A stretch of DNA of 64,000 bases from Nitrospirota bacterium (lineage in GTDB: Bacteria; Nitrospirota; UBA9217): assembly GCA_963663225.1 (NCBI GenBank), contig OY760142.1, forward strand, positions 1,508,509-1,572,508, given 5' to 3'. The notes under the pieces are model-generated. The model worked only from the letters and a program-made list of their open reading frames with translations. It did not search any database and was not told the origin of the DNA. Each line of letters starts with the position of its first letter. The first letter of the stretch is position 1. Positions 1-10,450 of the stretch are shown in pieces. A program made the position numbers and the translations under genes.

Positions 1-2
1 CT

Positions 3-896
3 TCCATTGCCCAGAAGCCGTTTGCCAAGGAAGGCTTCATCCGCCACCTTCCCATGTTTCTGTCCGGTCTTTCCGAGTACCGGAGCCTTCCGACCATTGC
101 GCCTGTACCGTTCCGTGATCTGTTCAAAAAGATCAAACAGCCGCCGAGCAAAACAAAAATTGCGTTTTTCTCCGGGTGCGCCATTGACTTTGTGTTCCCC
201 AGAATCGGTGAAGCCCTGGTCAAGGTGCTGAATAAGGCGGGGATTGAAGTTGTTTTCCCGGATTCGCAGTCATGCTGCGGCATCCCGCACTGGGGCAGCG
301 GCGCTTTTGACATGGCGGCCCTGGCAGCGGCCCACAATATCAAGCCGCTTCTTGCGGAAGACGTGCAGTATGTGGTTACCGCTTGCGCGACCTGCGCGAC
401 GGCCCTCAAAAAAGAATGGCCGCATGTGCTGAAAGATGAGAAGATGGAGGCACTGGTCCCCGATGCTGAGAAACTGGCTGCAAAGACAGTGATGTTCTCG
501 GAATTAGTGAATAAGCTGATAGAAGAGAAGAAACTGACCCCAAAGGATGGGCAGCAACTGCAAAGAATCACCTATCATGACTCCTGTCATGCTAGACGGC
601 ACGTGGGGATTTATAAAGAACCTCGTGCGGCACTTACTGCGGCTGGATATGAGCTGAAGGAAATGGTGGAACACGATACCTGCTGCGGCATGGGCGGATC
701 GTACACGGTGAAACAGCCGAAGCTTTCCATGAAAATGCTCCAGCGGAAACTGAAAAATATTGAGGATACGGGTGCGGAATATGTATGTGCCGAGTGCCCC
801 GGTTGTCTCATTCAGCTGGCTGGAGGGCTGGATAAATCAGGATCAAAAATAAAGGCAAAGCATCCGGCAGAGCTGCTGCTGGAAAAACTGAAATAA
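3..896 (+). CDS. CCG-domain (Fe-S)-binding oxidoreductase, GlcF/GlpC/LutA-like, 5' partial (runs off window start)
   Basis: Two cysteine-rich CCG-type motifs (FFSGCAIDF...SCCGIPHWGSG and YHDSCHARRH...DTCCGMGGSY). The frame is open to the window edge. Confidence 0.55.
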   Translation, partial: SIAQKPFAKEGFIRHLPMFLSGLSEYRSLPTIAPVPFRDLFKKIKQPPSKTKIAFFSGCAIDFVFPRIGEALVKVLNKAGIEVVFPDSQSCCGIPHWGSGAFDMAALAAAHNIKPLLAEDVQYVVTACATCATALKKEWPHVLKDEKMEALVPDAEKLAAKTVMFSELVNKLIEEKKLTPKDGQQLQRITYHDSCHARRHVGIYKEPRAALTAAGYELKEMVEHDTCCGMGGSYTVKQPKLSMKMLQRKLKNIEDTGAEYVCAECPGCLIQLAGGLDKSGSKIKAKHPAELLLEKLK

Positions 897-1138
897 CCAT
901 TGCCTGGGCGCGGAAACACGAGCACGTTTCTCGCTGGTTCAAACTTGCAAATGAACTGTTTCCGCGTCCAGCTACCCTTTTTCTTTACAATTTTCTCCCC
1001 TCGATTATTCCCCGAAAAATTGGGTGACCATGCTTCTGCGCGGCCAGCAGGAAATGCATCTTTTTGTGACATGTTTTACCCCGGTTTGCCAAAATTTCTG
1101 GTTAGCCTTGTTTTTTTGTTTCCTGATGTATCCAGGTT

Positions 1139-1147
1139 GGTGTATAA
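1139..1147 (+). promoter_or_regulatory. extended -10 element (TGTATAAT) upstream of the first REC-PilZ gene
   Basis: tggTGTATAATt lies about 27 nt before the ATG at 1174. No good -35. Confidence 0.3.
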
Positions 1148-1173
1148 TTATGAAAAACGACGCAGGGGTGAGC

Positions 1174-1935
1174 ATGGCAACAAATACATCGCGGAAGAAA
1201 CAAGACACGGTGACGAGATCGGACCAATTTTTATTGATTGTAGAAAGCGAGCCAGATAATCTCAATTACGTGTCCGCGCTTCTCACGCGGTTTAAGTACC
1301 AGACCCGTACTGCAGCAAGTGCTGCCGAAGCCTCGGCAATTATCGCAGAAACAGTACCGCCACTCGTAATTACATCGGCGTTTCTCCAGGATATGGACGG
1401 AGTGGAATTTATCAAACAACTGAAGAACGACCCGCGTACTGCCCACGTTCCCTGTATTGCATTAACCAGAGAAGGAGACCTGTACCAGGAAGCGCGCTGC
1501 TTTGAAGCAGGGGCAGCAGAATGCTTCTCCCACCCGATTTCCGCCGAACTGCTGTACAGGACCGTACAAGCCATAATCGAACCGACGCCACGCAAAAACA
1601 TGCGGGTTCAGACTATGCATCCGGTGAAAGTGACCAATACGCCACGTGACGAGCGGGAAGGTATCTATACTCTGGATCTGTCGGAGCAGGGGATGTTTGT
1701 CCGCACAGCTGAGCCCGCCCCTCTTCATACGCGGCTTTCCCTCCAGCTGGATCTTGAAGGTCAGACGATTCCGTTGGAGGCTGCTGTTTTGTACCAGTGC
1801 AGAGGAGACGCAAACCCGTATCACGAACCAGGGATGGGATTGGGTTTTGTCCAGATAACACAAGAAGATCAGGAATATCTCCGAAAGTTCATACTGGAAG
1901 AAGTCATGCGGGGCATTCCTCACGGGCATGCATGA
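1174..1935 (+). CDS. response-regulator receiver + PilZ domain protein (paralog 1 of 3 in tandem)
   Basis: REC-like N-terminus (LLIVESEPDN...QDMDG). C-terminal PilZ signature RKNMR (RxxxR) and DLSEQG (DxSxxG). Start chosen at the internal ATG with GGGGTGA RBS; the track ORF begins at 1024. Confidence 0.65.
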   Translation: MATNTSRKKQDTVTRSDQFLLIVESEPDNLNYVSALLTRFKYQTRTAASAAEASAIIAETVPPLVITSAFLQDMDGVEFIKQLKNDPRTAHVPCIALTREGDLYQEARCFEAGAAECFSHPISAELLYRTVQAIIEPTPRKNMRVQTMHPVKVTNTPRDEREGIYTLDLSEQGMFVRTAEPAPLHTRLSLQLDLEGQTIPLEAAVLYQCRGDANPYHEPGMGLGFVQITQEDQEYLRKFILEEVMRGIPHGHA

Positions 1936-2015
1936 GAATACTACATAATCAGCCGGATACGATTGCATAAACTCCGGATTGCTGCAATGAAACATGCTTC
2001 ACAAGGGAGTCCATC

Positions 2016-2780
2016 TTGACTGACAACAAATCACAGAAGAAAACTCCGGGCAATCTTGATCGAAAAAGCCGTTTCCTGCTGGTGATAGACAGCAATGCCG
2101 AGAACGTTTCCCACTTATCCGCACTGCTTCGTCGTTTTAATTATCCGACATTCTGTGCTCCCACTGCAAAAGAGGCCCTTGAAATCGCGGCAACCGCAGT
2201 TCCTCTCCTTATTCTTATTTCCCTCGACTGTTTAGAAATGGACGGCTATGATCTCATGCGGCGGTTTAGGGAATCCCCACAGACTGCCGCTGTTCCCTTA
2301 ATTGCATTGAGCAAGCAGCAGGATAGGACTGTAAGAACACGGTGCCTGGATCTGGGAGCAGTCGGCTGCCTCTTTTATCCGATTTCCGCCGAAGCATTGT
2401 ACCGGGTTGTCCAGGTTGCTATAGAAAAAAACCCGCGTTCCTGCATGCGTATTCAGACGAACCAGCCGGTAAAAGTAAATGATATAAAGCATGACAGCCT
2501 GTATGGCGCATATACGCTGGATCTGTCAGAGCGCGGCATGTTCCTTCGAACGGCTAATCCCGCGTCTGCAAAAACGAAGCTTCCGCTTCAACTTGACTTG
2601 AACGGCAGAATTATTAATACCGAGGGAGAAGTGCTCTACAGCTGCAAAGCGGGTGATGAGCCGTATAAAGAACCGGGGATCGGCCTTAAGTTCACCCAGC
2701 TTGAATCAAAAGACCGGGAATATCTCCGGAATTTTATCAGCGAAGAAGTTGCGCGAGATAAGGCAGAGGACGAAAAATAG
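2016..2780 (+). CDS. response-regulator receiver + PilZ domain protein (paralog 2), TTG start
   Basis: Same architecture as paralog 1. RSCMR and DLSERG motifs. AAGGGAG RBS 7 nt before the TTG. Confidence 0.65.
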   Translation: MTDNKSQKKTPGNLDRKSRFLLVIDSNAENVSHLSALLRRFNYPTFCAPTAKEALEIAATAVPLLILISLDCLEMDGYDLMRRFRESPQTAAVPLIALSKQQDRTVRTRCLDLGAVGCLFYPISAEALYRVVQVAIEKNPRSCMRIQTNQPVKVNDIKHDSLYGAYTLDLSERGMFLRTANPASAKTKLPLQLDLNGRIINTEGEVLYSCKAGDEPYKEPGIGLKFTQLESKDREYLRNFISEEVARDKAEDEK

Positions 2781-2877
2781 CGAAATGGTTGCCTGTACTG
2801 TTGCTGGTACGCATGATTTTTGAAAATCCTGCTCGGCGAATCAGTTGTAAAAATCTGTTCATACGAGGGCTATAAGC

Positions 2878-3639
2878 ATGGCGAACTATGATTCTGCCAA
2901 GCCTTTATACCGGCACACGCTTGGAAAACCTACCATCCTTGTTGTGGATGGCGACCTCAACAGCAGCTTTTACATGACCACCCTGCTGAAACGGTTCAAC
3001 TATGAGCCCTGCACGGCAAGAACCGTCGACGAAGCCCTCGACATGACGGTGAGCATGAAAATCTCTCTTCTCATCGTATCGTTGTCTTTAAGGAATATGG
3101 ATGGCCCTGAGATCGTGCAGCGCTTTAAGACGAGTTCGGCAACTGAGACCATTCCTCTTCTTGGACTCTCGAGAAAAAACGATCCGGCCATGATGCACTG
3201 TTGCATGCAAGCCGGGGCGGCTGATTGCCTTGTGCAGCCGGTTCCCGCTGAGCAACTGTACCGAACCGTCCAGAAGGCAACCGAAGCAAAACCACGGAAG
3301 GACATCCGCATTCGGACGCTCCAACCGGTAAAAATAGGCCAATCGTTGCCCGAAACGTTTGAGGCCGCATGCATCCTTGATTTGTCGGAACGCGGGGTGT
3401 TTTTACATGCCATGAAACAACCCCCCGTAAACGCAACACTCTCTCTGCACATTGATCTGAATCACGTTATTATTCCGGTAGAGGCAGTGGTTGTATACAG
3501 TTATCAGGCTCCGGGCGGCCCCTCTCCGAGAGTGGGAATGGGGCTTGAGTTTGTAAAAATCGCCCCGGAAGACCAGGGATATATCCGGCAGTTTATCCGA
3601 GACGAAGTGACGCGGGGGATCGCACCTGTCAGTGCCTGA
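2878..3639 (+). CDS. response-regulator receiver + PilZ domain protein (paralog 3)
   Basis: RKDIR and DLSERG motifs. REC-like N-terminus. Confidence 0.65.
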   Translation: MANYDSAKPLYRHTLGKPTILVVDGDLNSSFYMTTLLKRFNYEPCTARTVDEALDMTVSMKISLLIVSLSLRNMDGPEIVQRFKTSSATETIPLLGLSRKNDPAMMHCCMQAGAADCLVQPVPAEQLYRTVQKATEAKPRKDIRIRTLQPVKIGQSLPETFEAACILDLSERGVFLHAMKQPPVNATLSLHIDLNHVIIPVEAVVVYSYQAPGGPSPRVGMGLEFVKIAPEDQGYIRQFIRDEVTRGIAPVSA

Positions 3640-3707
3640 TAGACGGCTGCCTGAAACGCTGATGTTCTGTTAAAGCAATCCTCTTGCAGAAATGAGGAAA
3701 TACCCGG

Positions 3708-4292
3708 TTGCCGAATTCTTCCACAACATACTACGATGATGATGAATTACGCGAAGCGCTGACTCTGGTCAATTCGTACAGGACGCTTCACGAAATTTAC
3801 GGGTTATTTTACGGCTGCATGGCTGCGGCAAAACGCGTGGATTCCTCGCAGTACCTGCCTCTGGTGTACGATGTGGACACCGAAGACAACATATCGGCGG
3901 AAAACAGCGAGAAGGTTCACAACAATCTCATATCTCTCTGGAATTTTGTCGCGCGCTGGAAGCCGCAGGATGAGCCATTTTCTTTTCCCGATCAGGTCTA
4001 TTCCGACACTGCCCAGGGGCTGCTTGAGCATGCGGCCGATGATATGGCGCTGATAGAATATTTTAAAAAAGGGCTTGAAATGGCAGGCATGCCTCAGTCG
4101 CCCGCGATTGCAACTGCGATGCGCGATCTTGATGCTGTTACAGGCCAACTACAGCATTATGCCGAAATGTATGAAGCCGTGGATCCGGAAGCGGAGGTAA
4201 AAAACCTAAAAGCATCTGAACAGAAATTTGAAGAACTGGAAGAGGCCATAGCCCGCAGCATAGCCAGAATAACCATGGTGAAAAAAAAATAG
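3708..4292 (+). CDS. UPF0149 (YgfB/YecA-like) family protein, TTG start
   Basis: About 190 aa, with LHEIYGLFYGCMAAAKRVDSSQYLPLV resembling the YgfB N-terminal motif. Weak by-eye similarity. Confidence 0.4.
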   Translation: MPNSSTTYYDDDELREALTLVNSYRTLHEIYGLFYGCMAAAKRVDSSQYLPLVYDVDTEDNISAENSEKVHNNLISLWNFVARWKPQDEPFSFPDQVYSDTAQGLLEHAADDMALIEYFKKGLEMAGMPQSPAIATAMRDLDAVTGQLQHYAEMYEAVDPEAEVKNLKASEQKFEELEEAIARSIARITMVKKK

Positions 4293-4382
4293 TTTACCCG
4301 CCGCAGTCCATCCAGCATTTTCCCCCAAGACTGCATACTATTTCGTTTGGTATCGATAACGAGGTGCCGCGTTCTCTATCGG

Positions 4383-5162
4383 TTAATCACCGGGATTTTC
4401 ACGCTGCGGCAGTATCGCATACAGAAGATATTCAACATTGCCGTCCTGGCCGGTGATCGGCGACTGAATAACACCTTGTATCTGGAGACCGCAATTACCT
4501 GCGAAATTTTTGATTCTGTCCACCACCTCGGTTCTCGCAGCCGCATCGCGCACGATACCGCCCTTTCCAACCCTGCCTTTTCCCACTTCAAACTGGGGTT
4601 TTATGAGAGCAATGAGCTTTGATCCCGGTTTTAAAAAGTTTAAAACAGGCGGAAGCGTCTTTTCAAGAGAGGTGAACGAAACATCAATAACTGCCATATC
4701 AACGGGTTCGGGTATACGCGTTGGATCCATGAAACAGATGTTTGTCCGTTCTATTACGATTACTCGCGGATCCTGCCGCAGTTTCCATGCCAGCTGGCCA
4801 TAGCCCACATCAACAGCATAGACTTTTCGCGCCCCGTGCTGGAGCAGGCAATCAGTAAAGCCGCCGGTTGAAGCTCCCACATCAAGGGCTGTTTTACCCT
4901 CGACAACTACGCTAAATTCACTCAAGGCCGCCTCGAGCTTTAACCCTCCGCGGCTTACGTAGGGCAGCCCTTTTCCCAGAAGACGGAGATCAGCGGTTTT
5001 CGATACCAGCGTACCGGCTTTGTCCAGTTTCCGGCCGTCTACAAGAACCAAACCTGCAAAAATGATAGCCTGCGCTTTTTCCCGGCTTTCCGCAATGCCG
5101 CGTTCCACAAGCATGCGGTCAAGGCGGAGTTTATCGGTTTTTTTATCCCCTGGTTTGGTCAT
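4383..5162 (-). CDS. tlyA: TlyA-family 16S/23S rRNA (cytidine-2'-O)-methyltransferase
   Basis: S4-like N-terminus (LDRMLVERGIAESREKAQAIIFAGLVLVDG) plus FtsJ-like methyltransferase motifs (LDVGASTGGFTDCLL). Start taken at internal Met MTKPGD. Confidence 0.75.
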   Translation of the reverse strand: MTKPGDKKTDKLRLDRMLVERGIAESREKAQAIIFAGLVLVDGRKLDKAGTLVSKTADLRLLGKGLPYVSRGGLKLEAALSEFSVVVEGKTALDVGASTGGFTDCLLQHGARKVYAVDVGYGQLAWKLRQDPRVIVIERTNICFMDPTRIPEPVDMAVIDVSFTSLEKTLPPVLNFLKPGSKLIALIKPQFEVGKGRVGKGGIVRDAAARTEVVDRIKNFAGNCGLQIQGVIQSPITGQDGNVEYLLYAILPQRENPGD

Positions 5163-5331
5163 GAGAAAGTAAACCACGCGACATACTGCCGTATGGGTGA
5201 GCCTATCAGAAGCATGATGGTGTGTCAACGGACATTATAATAAGCTTTTTGTTGACGTATTTGTTGGTGCGGTCTAAACTATTCACATATGCAGACGTCT
5301 AATCTGACAGCGAGAGCGGGAGGTCCGGAAT

Positions 5332-5670
5332 ATGAAGAAAAATCATGTCTTGTGCTTCTTTGTCTTGGTAGTAACAATTCTCTTGTGCAGCACGGTTTTT
5401 GCTGATTCTTTCAGCTGCCCTGGCGGGATTATTTCCGATGGCGACAAAAGCCCTGACGTTTTCGCAAAATGCGGGCCGCCGGATTTCCGGGATTCCCATC
5501 AGGAAGAAGTAAGTCAACGGGTCGATTCGGACACGAAAAAAACAATTTATATTGCAGTGGAAGAATGGACGTATAACCTCGGGCCGAATCAGCTCATGCG
5601 GATTGTTGTTCTGAAAAACGGGACGGTTGCAGAAATCCGGACCGGTAAATACGGATATGCAAAACCGTAA
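5332..5670 (+). CDS. small secreted protein, DUF2845-like
   Basis: Signal peptide. SFSCPGG...KCGPPD...EEWTYNLGPNQL...LKNGTVAEI pattern resembles DUF2845. Confidence 0.4.
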   Translation: MKKNHVLCFFVLVVTILLCSTVFADSFSCPGGIISDGDKSPDVFAKCGPPDFRDSHQEEVSQRVDSDTKKTIYIAVEEWTYNLGPNQLMRIVVLKNGTVAEIRTGKYGYAKP

Positions 5671-5746
5671 CAATGAAGCCGCCCGGTATGATGCCGGACG
5701 GCCATGAACAGTTTATAAATTATAACGGGCCGCGCGCAAACGCCGA

Positions 5747-7675
5747 CTATACATCCCGTTGCTTTCGGTTTGCCATCGGTGCCACTGCTTTCAGGCGGGA
5801 TGTTTCCAGGAAGCCTTTCAAGGAAGCATAAATTCCTTCCGCATCAAGGCCGTATTTTTGTCTCAGAACCTTCTGAGGTCCGTGCTCGATATAACTGTCC
5901 GGAAGTCCTATACGCAGTGTTTTTATTCCGGTTAACTTCAGTGCATCGAGACATTCCAGTACGGCGCTCCCGAAACCACCGAAAAGTGCGTGTTCTTCAA
6001 CGGTCACGATGCGGCCGGTTTTTCGGGCCATCCGGAGTATCATCTCTTCGTCAAGCGGTTTTGCGAAGCGTGCATTTACTACAGCAACTGAAATTCCTTC
6101 TGCTGCAAGCCGTTTCGCAGCATCAAGCGCGGGAAGTACCATATTGCCGATTGCGATGATTGCGGCATCCGTGCCGTCCAGAAGGATTTCCGATTTTCCG
6201 ATTTCTAAGACTTTCAGGTCCTGGTCCATGGGTACGCCGAACCCGGCGCCGCGGGGATAGCGGACCGCGGACGGGCCCGGCCATTCGGCTGCGGTTTTGA
6301 TCATATGCTGGAGTTCGTTTTCGTCCTTAGGAGACATCAGGATCATGTTGGGAACATGGCGCAGATAGGCGATGTCAAACACGCCGTGGTGTGTCGGGCC
6401 GTCTTCTCCCACAAGCCCTGCGCGGTCGAGAGCAAGCGTTACCGGAAGATTTTGAAGACAAAGATCATGCACGATCTGGTCATAAGCGCGCTGGGTAAAC
6501 GTTGAATAGATGGCCGCCACGGGGTGCAGTCCCTCCGCGGCAATTCCGCACGCGAACGTCACACCGTGGGATTCGGCCAGGCCGACATCAAAAAAGCGGT
6601 TCGGAAATTTCTCAGCGAATTTGTCAAGCCCGGTGCCGTCCGACATTGCTGCAGAAATAGCGACAATGTTATTGTTCTCTTCTGCCAGCCGGAGCATGGT
6701 TTGCCCGAAAACAGCAGTATAGCTGAGGACCGGCTGTGCCGGTTTTTTTGCCACAAGCTCGCCCGTCTCCGGATCGAAAGGCGGTGTACCATGGTACTGA
6801 GACGGCTCGCACTCTGCGAAGTCGCATCCCTTTCCTTTCTTTGTAATTACATGCACGAGGACAGGCCATTCGATATTTTTGGCATTTTTAAACATCTCAA
6901 GCAGATTGTCGATATTGTGTCCGTCAATCGGGCCGATATACTGAAAACCGAGCTCCTCGAAAAGGATGCCGGGTACGAGCAGTCCTTTGAGGGATTCCTC
7001 GGCTTTTTTGGCGAAATTGAACATGGACTCACCGACTCGAGGGATTCCCTGAAGAAAATTTTTTGTTTCGACGCGAAGCTTCGTGTAAAACTGTCCGGAC
7101 ATGAGCCTGCTGAGATACGAGGACAGAGCACCGACGTTGTGGTTGATCGACATTTCGTTGTCATTCAGCACAACAATCATTTTTCTCTGCAGGTCTCCGG
7201 CCTGGTTAAGTCCTTCAAAAGCGAGGCCGGCAGAGATGGACCCGTCGCCGATGACGGCGATCACATGGTAATCTTCCCCTTTGATGTCGCGCGAGACAGC
7301 CATGCCGAGCGCCGCAGAAATGGACGTGCTTGAATGGCCCACGCCGAAATGATCACACGGGCTTTCTGCGCGCTTGGGGAACCCGCTCAAACCGTCGTGT
7401 TGCCTTATCGTACGAAACTGGGCCCGCCTGCCGGTAAGAATCTTGTGGGCGTATGCCTGGTGCCCGACGTCCCAGACAATGCGGTCTTTCGGTGTGTTAA
7501 AAGCGTAGTGCAGGGCGATCGTCAAATCGACCACACCGAGACTGGATGCCAGATGGCCGCCGGTCTTTGATATGACATCGATGATTTCCTGCCTGACTTC
7601 CTTTGCAAGTTCCGGAAGGTCTTTCTGGGGAAGAGCTCTCAAGTCTTTTGCGTCTTTGATTGAATCCAGTAACAT
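5747..7675 (-). CDS. dxs: 1-deoxy-D-xylulose-5-phosphate synthase
   Basis: 642 aa. N-terminus LLDSI...DLR...L..LA.E.R, the TPP-binding GDG motif, and full-length transketolase-like order. Confidence 0.95.
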   Translation of the reverse strand: MLLDSIKDAKDLRALPQKDLPELAKEVRQEIIDVISKTGGHLASSLGVVDLTIALHYAFNTPKDRIVWDVGHQAYAHKILTGRRAQFRTIRQHDGLSGFPKRAESPCDHFGVGHSSTSISAALGMAVSRDIKGEDYHVIAVIGDGSISAGLAFEGLNQAGDLQRKMIVVLNDNEMSINHNVGALSSYLSRLMSGQFYTKLRVETKNFLQGIPRVGESMFNFAKKAEESLKGLLVPGILFEELGFQYIGPIDGHNIDNLLEMFKNAKNIEWPVLVHVITKKGKGCDFAECEPSQYHGTPPFDPETGELVAKKPAQPVLSYTAVFGQTMLRLAEENNNIVAISAAMSDGTGLDKFAEKFPNRFFDVGLAESHGVTFACGIAAEGLHPVAAIYSTFTQRAYDQIVHDLCLQNLPVTLALDRAGLVGEDGPTHHGVFDIAYLRHVPNMILMSPKDENELQHMIKTAAEWPGPSAVRYPRGAGFGVPMDQDLKVLEIGKSEILLDGTDAAIIAIGNMVLPALDAAKRLAAEGISVAVVNARFAKPLDEEMILRMARKTGRIVTVEEHALFGGFGSAVLECLDALKLTGIKTLRIGLPDSYIEHGPQKVLRQKYGLDAEGIYASLKGFLETSRLKAVAPMANRKQRDV

Positions 7676-7783
7676 GAATACCTCGTGAACAGTTTCCGGC
7701 CGCCAAATAATTAGATTCCTGCGCAGGCCGATGTTATCAATCCCGAAACAGTGCCGGCAGCAGCTGCAGCTCGATAAAGAAGA

Positions 7784-8674
7784 TTAGTTTACACGGTTAA
7801 TAATGTATTTTGCCAGTTCCCGCAAGGGGTCGGCCTTGCGGTCAAAATCTCTCAGTGAGAGAATTGCTTTGTCTACCACTTCCACTGCCCTGCGCCGTGA
7901 TTCTTCAAGGCCGTAAAAGCTCGGGTAGGTTTTTTTGTCCTTTTTAAGGTCGCTCCCGACATCTTTCCCGATTTCCTCCTGCGTGCCGGTGATGTCCAGA
8001 ATATCGTCGGCGATCTGAAATGCGAGGCCGATCAACTCACCGTAGCGGGTTAATGCGGCAAGTTGACGTTTTCCGGCTCTCGCATAAAGCGCACCAACCC
8101 GTACTGATGCACGGATGAGAGTCCCGGTTTTGTGCGTATGGATATATTCGAGTGTCGGAAGATCGACGTCCTTGCCTTCTGACTCCATATCCACCACCTG
8201 GCCTCCCACCATGCCGAAGACGCCTGCAGCGGTTGCAATTTCTTTTGCAACAATCAAAAGCCTGTTTGCAGGGACAGTCTTGGTTCTCCGTGGATCAGTC
8301 AAAACCTCGAACGCCATGTTTAACAGGCCGTCGCCAGCAAGGATGGCGATGGCTTCACCATATACTTTGTGACAGGTTGGCCTTCCCCGCCGGAAATCAT
8401 CATTGTCCATCGCCGGAAGATCGTCGTGAATCAGAGAATAAGTGTGAATAAGCTCCAGGGCGCCTGCAAGAGGAAGCACGCCGGCTGTTTTGCCGCCCAG
8501 TGCCTCGGATGCCGCGATCGCAAGGATGGGCCGAACGCGCTTGCCGCCTGCGAACAGGCTGTAACGCATTGCCTCGTGCACGGAAGAGGGGAAAGTCTTT
8601 GAAGGCGGCATCAGCTTGTCGAGCACCTTATCTACACTGTTTTTTCTCTGAGAAAGATATGTTTTTATGTCCAT
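7784..8674 (-). CDS. ispA: (2E,6E)-farnesyl/geranyl diphosphate synthase
   Basis: Polyprenyl synthetase motifs LIHDDLPAMDNDDFRRG and FQIADDILD. Confidence 0.85.
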   Translation of the reverse strand: MDIKTYLSQRKNSVDKVLDKLMPPSKTFPSSVHEAMRYSLFAGGKRVRPILAIAASEALGGKTAGVLPLAGALELIHTYSLIHDDLPAMDNDDFRRGRPTCHKVYGEAIAILAGDGLLNMAFEVLTDPRRTKTVPANRLLIVAKEIATAAGVFGMVGGQVVDMESEGKDVDLPTLEYIHTHKTGTLIRASVRVGALYARAGKRQLAALTRYGELIGLAFQIADDILDITGTQEEIGKDVGSDLKKDKKTYPSFYGLEESRRRAVEVVDKAILSLRDFDRKADPLRELAKYIINRVN

Positions 8675-8695
8675 GGCTAAAATTTGAACCGTCCT

Positions 8696-8926
8696 CTACT
8701 CGTTTTCATCTTCAAAAGGTTTTACCGTCAGTTTTCCCGATGAGTCTTTCAGCAGGATTTCCACCTTTCGCTCCGCTTCTTCGAGCCGCTTGCTGCAGAT
8801 GCGGGAAAGCTTGATCCCTTCCTCAAAGAACTTCAGAGACTGTTCAAGCGGAAGGTCTCCCTTCTCAAGTTCCTGTACAATCTCTTCCAAGCGCGCAAGC
8901 GCAACCTCAAACTTTTTTTCTGCCAT
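8696..8926 (-). CDS. xseB: exodeoxyribonuclease VII small subunit
   Basis: 76 aa with FEVALARLEEIVQELEKGDLPLEQSL. Classic xseB-ispA-dxs order. Confidence 0.85.
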   Translation of the reverse strand: MAEKKFEVALARLEEIVQELEKGDLPLEQSLKFFEEGIKLSRICSKRLEEAERKVEILLKDSSGKLTVKPFEDENE

Positions 8927-9222
8927 GAGGCTTATACTCTCCGAAGCATGTCCTCTGATAGTTGTTTCGCGTTCTGCAAGCTTTAATTATATCCGGATAT
9001 GCCGGTGAAAATCAAGGCAAAATGATTGCATAAGGCAGGACAGGCAGTATTGCGAGAATATTCCACGGTTCCAGTTTCTGGCATGAAGGTTCGCTCAGAG
9101 GGGTATATTCGCGCTGTTCCAGGAGAAAAATCAGGGGTACACAAAACAATCCGTCGCAAGTCGGTCAGGTGAAAAAACGGGATGCTGTTCCTCCAGTTGA
9201 GAAATAGTTGCTGACTCGCTGA

Positions 9223-9822
9223 TTAAACCCCAGTGCGGCGTTTTTTTCTCATCCATAACTGATACAGCACGAAAACGGCGACAACAGCAATAGAAACGCC
9301 TCCCAGAATATTGTGAATTACAGCTGTTTGGCGTTTCCATTCTTCGCCCAGAAAGTAACCCAGAGAAATATACAATACCGTCCAGATAAGTGTGCCTGAG
9401 AATGAAAAAAAAGCAAATTCCGTAAAAGACATTCTCGATGTCCCTGCGACGATTGGCGCCAGGTGCCGTATACCGGGAAGAAAATTGGAAAACAACAGCC
9501 CCCATTTTCCTGCGTGGCCGAACCAGGCGCGTATTTTCGTCAACTGCTCCGGGTTCAGGCGCAGCCGGCCGGCATATTTATGTACAAAATAGAAACCCAT
9601 TGCCCTGCCTAATAGATAATTGACCGTCATGCCGAATATGCAACCGAAGTATGCAGCGGTGACCGTGGGCAGAGGGAGAAGTTTACCTGAATAAATAAAA
9701 TAGCCAAGATAGCCGAGAAGCAAGTCATTCGGGACTGGAGCACCGATGACTCCACCGGCAAATACGCCAAAAATGATGCCATAGCCGTGAAGAGCGATCC
9801 AGTGAGCAATAGCCTGTATCAT
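9223..9822 (-). CDS. DedA/SNARE-associated family membrane protein
   Basis: Polytopic membrane protein with a DedA-type G(x)nFxxxG core. Confidence 0.7.
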   Translation of the reverse strand: MIQAIAHWIALHGYGIIFGVFAGGVIGAPVPNDLLLGYLGYFIYSGKLLPLPTVTAAYFGCIFGMTVNYLLGRAMGFYFVHKYAGRLRLNPEQLTKIRAWFGHAGKWGLLFSNFLPGIRHLAPIVAGTSRMSFTEFAFFSFSGTLIWTVLYISLGYFLGEEWKRQTAVIHNILGGVSIAVVAVFVLYQLWMRKKRRTGV

Positions 9823-9892
9823 GTATTTATTTTAACAGAAGGCAATAGTTTTACAGTGGTTTTTTTCAGAAAACGATTTGACATGCAGACGG

Positions 9893-10450
9893 CTAGCGTT
9901 GGGGAGATTTTTTTCGGTTCATGGCTTTGCCGAGGTATTTGTTGACAGGGTTTGAACGGTCAAGAAAAGATACAATCGGTTTTTTTCTTGCACCGAGGCT
10001 TCTGAGTTCTTTCTTGATCGCTGTATGGAGAGGATCATAATGGAGTCCCTGGTAGAAAGCAGCAACCGCATTCTTTTTTTTGCCTGCAGCCACGTAGGCC
10101 TTCCCAAGGTTGAGGTAGAGGACCGGGAACAGCAGCTCTTTGCCGACCACACCGGCATTTTTCTGCACCATTGAAATGGCTTTGGTGCAATTGTCCACCC
10201 CGCTTCTATGTTTCTTGTCGACGCTGGCCTGCAGGCTGCCATAGAATGAAATGACGAACGGATCATCCGGACACATTACCATGGCACGCTGTATAACAGC
10301 ATATGCACTTTTCTTGTTCCCTTTCAGGAGGTAGCCGTTTACCGTCCGGATGTATTCAATCGGTTTTAGCTCCCGAACTCGTTCATTCGGATCGTCTCCT
10401 GCAGCGTCTTTTGTCCGTTTCGGTTCAGGTAAGTCATCCATGATTTGCAT
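9893..10450 (-). CDS. TPR-repeat protein
   Basis: TPR-like helices (YLNLGKAYVAAGKKKNAVAAFYQGLHYDPLH). Start set at internal Met with GGAG RBS. Confidence 0.45.
   Translation of the reverse strand: MQIMDDLPEPKRTKDAAGDDPNERVRELKPIEYIRTVNGYLLKGNKKSAYAVIQRAMVMCPDDPFVISFYGSLQASVDKKHRSGVDNCTKAISMVQKNAGVVGKELLFPVLYLNLGKAYVAAGKKKNAVAAFYQGLHYDPLHTAIKKELRSLGARKKPIVSFLDRSNPVNKYLGKAMNRKKSPQR

Noticed and set aside
911-926. Possible sigma54 promoter (TGGTTC-AAAC-TTGCA) upstream of the first REC-PilZ gene
   Set aside because: The GG-to-GC spacing is one nucleotide short (N4 instead of N5); sigma54 is intolerant of spacing changes.
5770-7570. Several 70-270-aa ORFs antisense to dxs (for example 6524-7333 +)
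   Set aside because: They lie entirely inside the strongly supported dxs CDS on the opposite strand, in a high-GC genome where long antisense ORFs arise by chance. The same applies to antisense ORFs within mreB, mrdA, tctA, radA, the PrpR-like gene, leuA and others.
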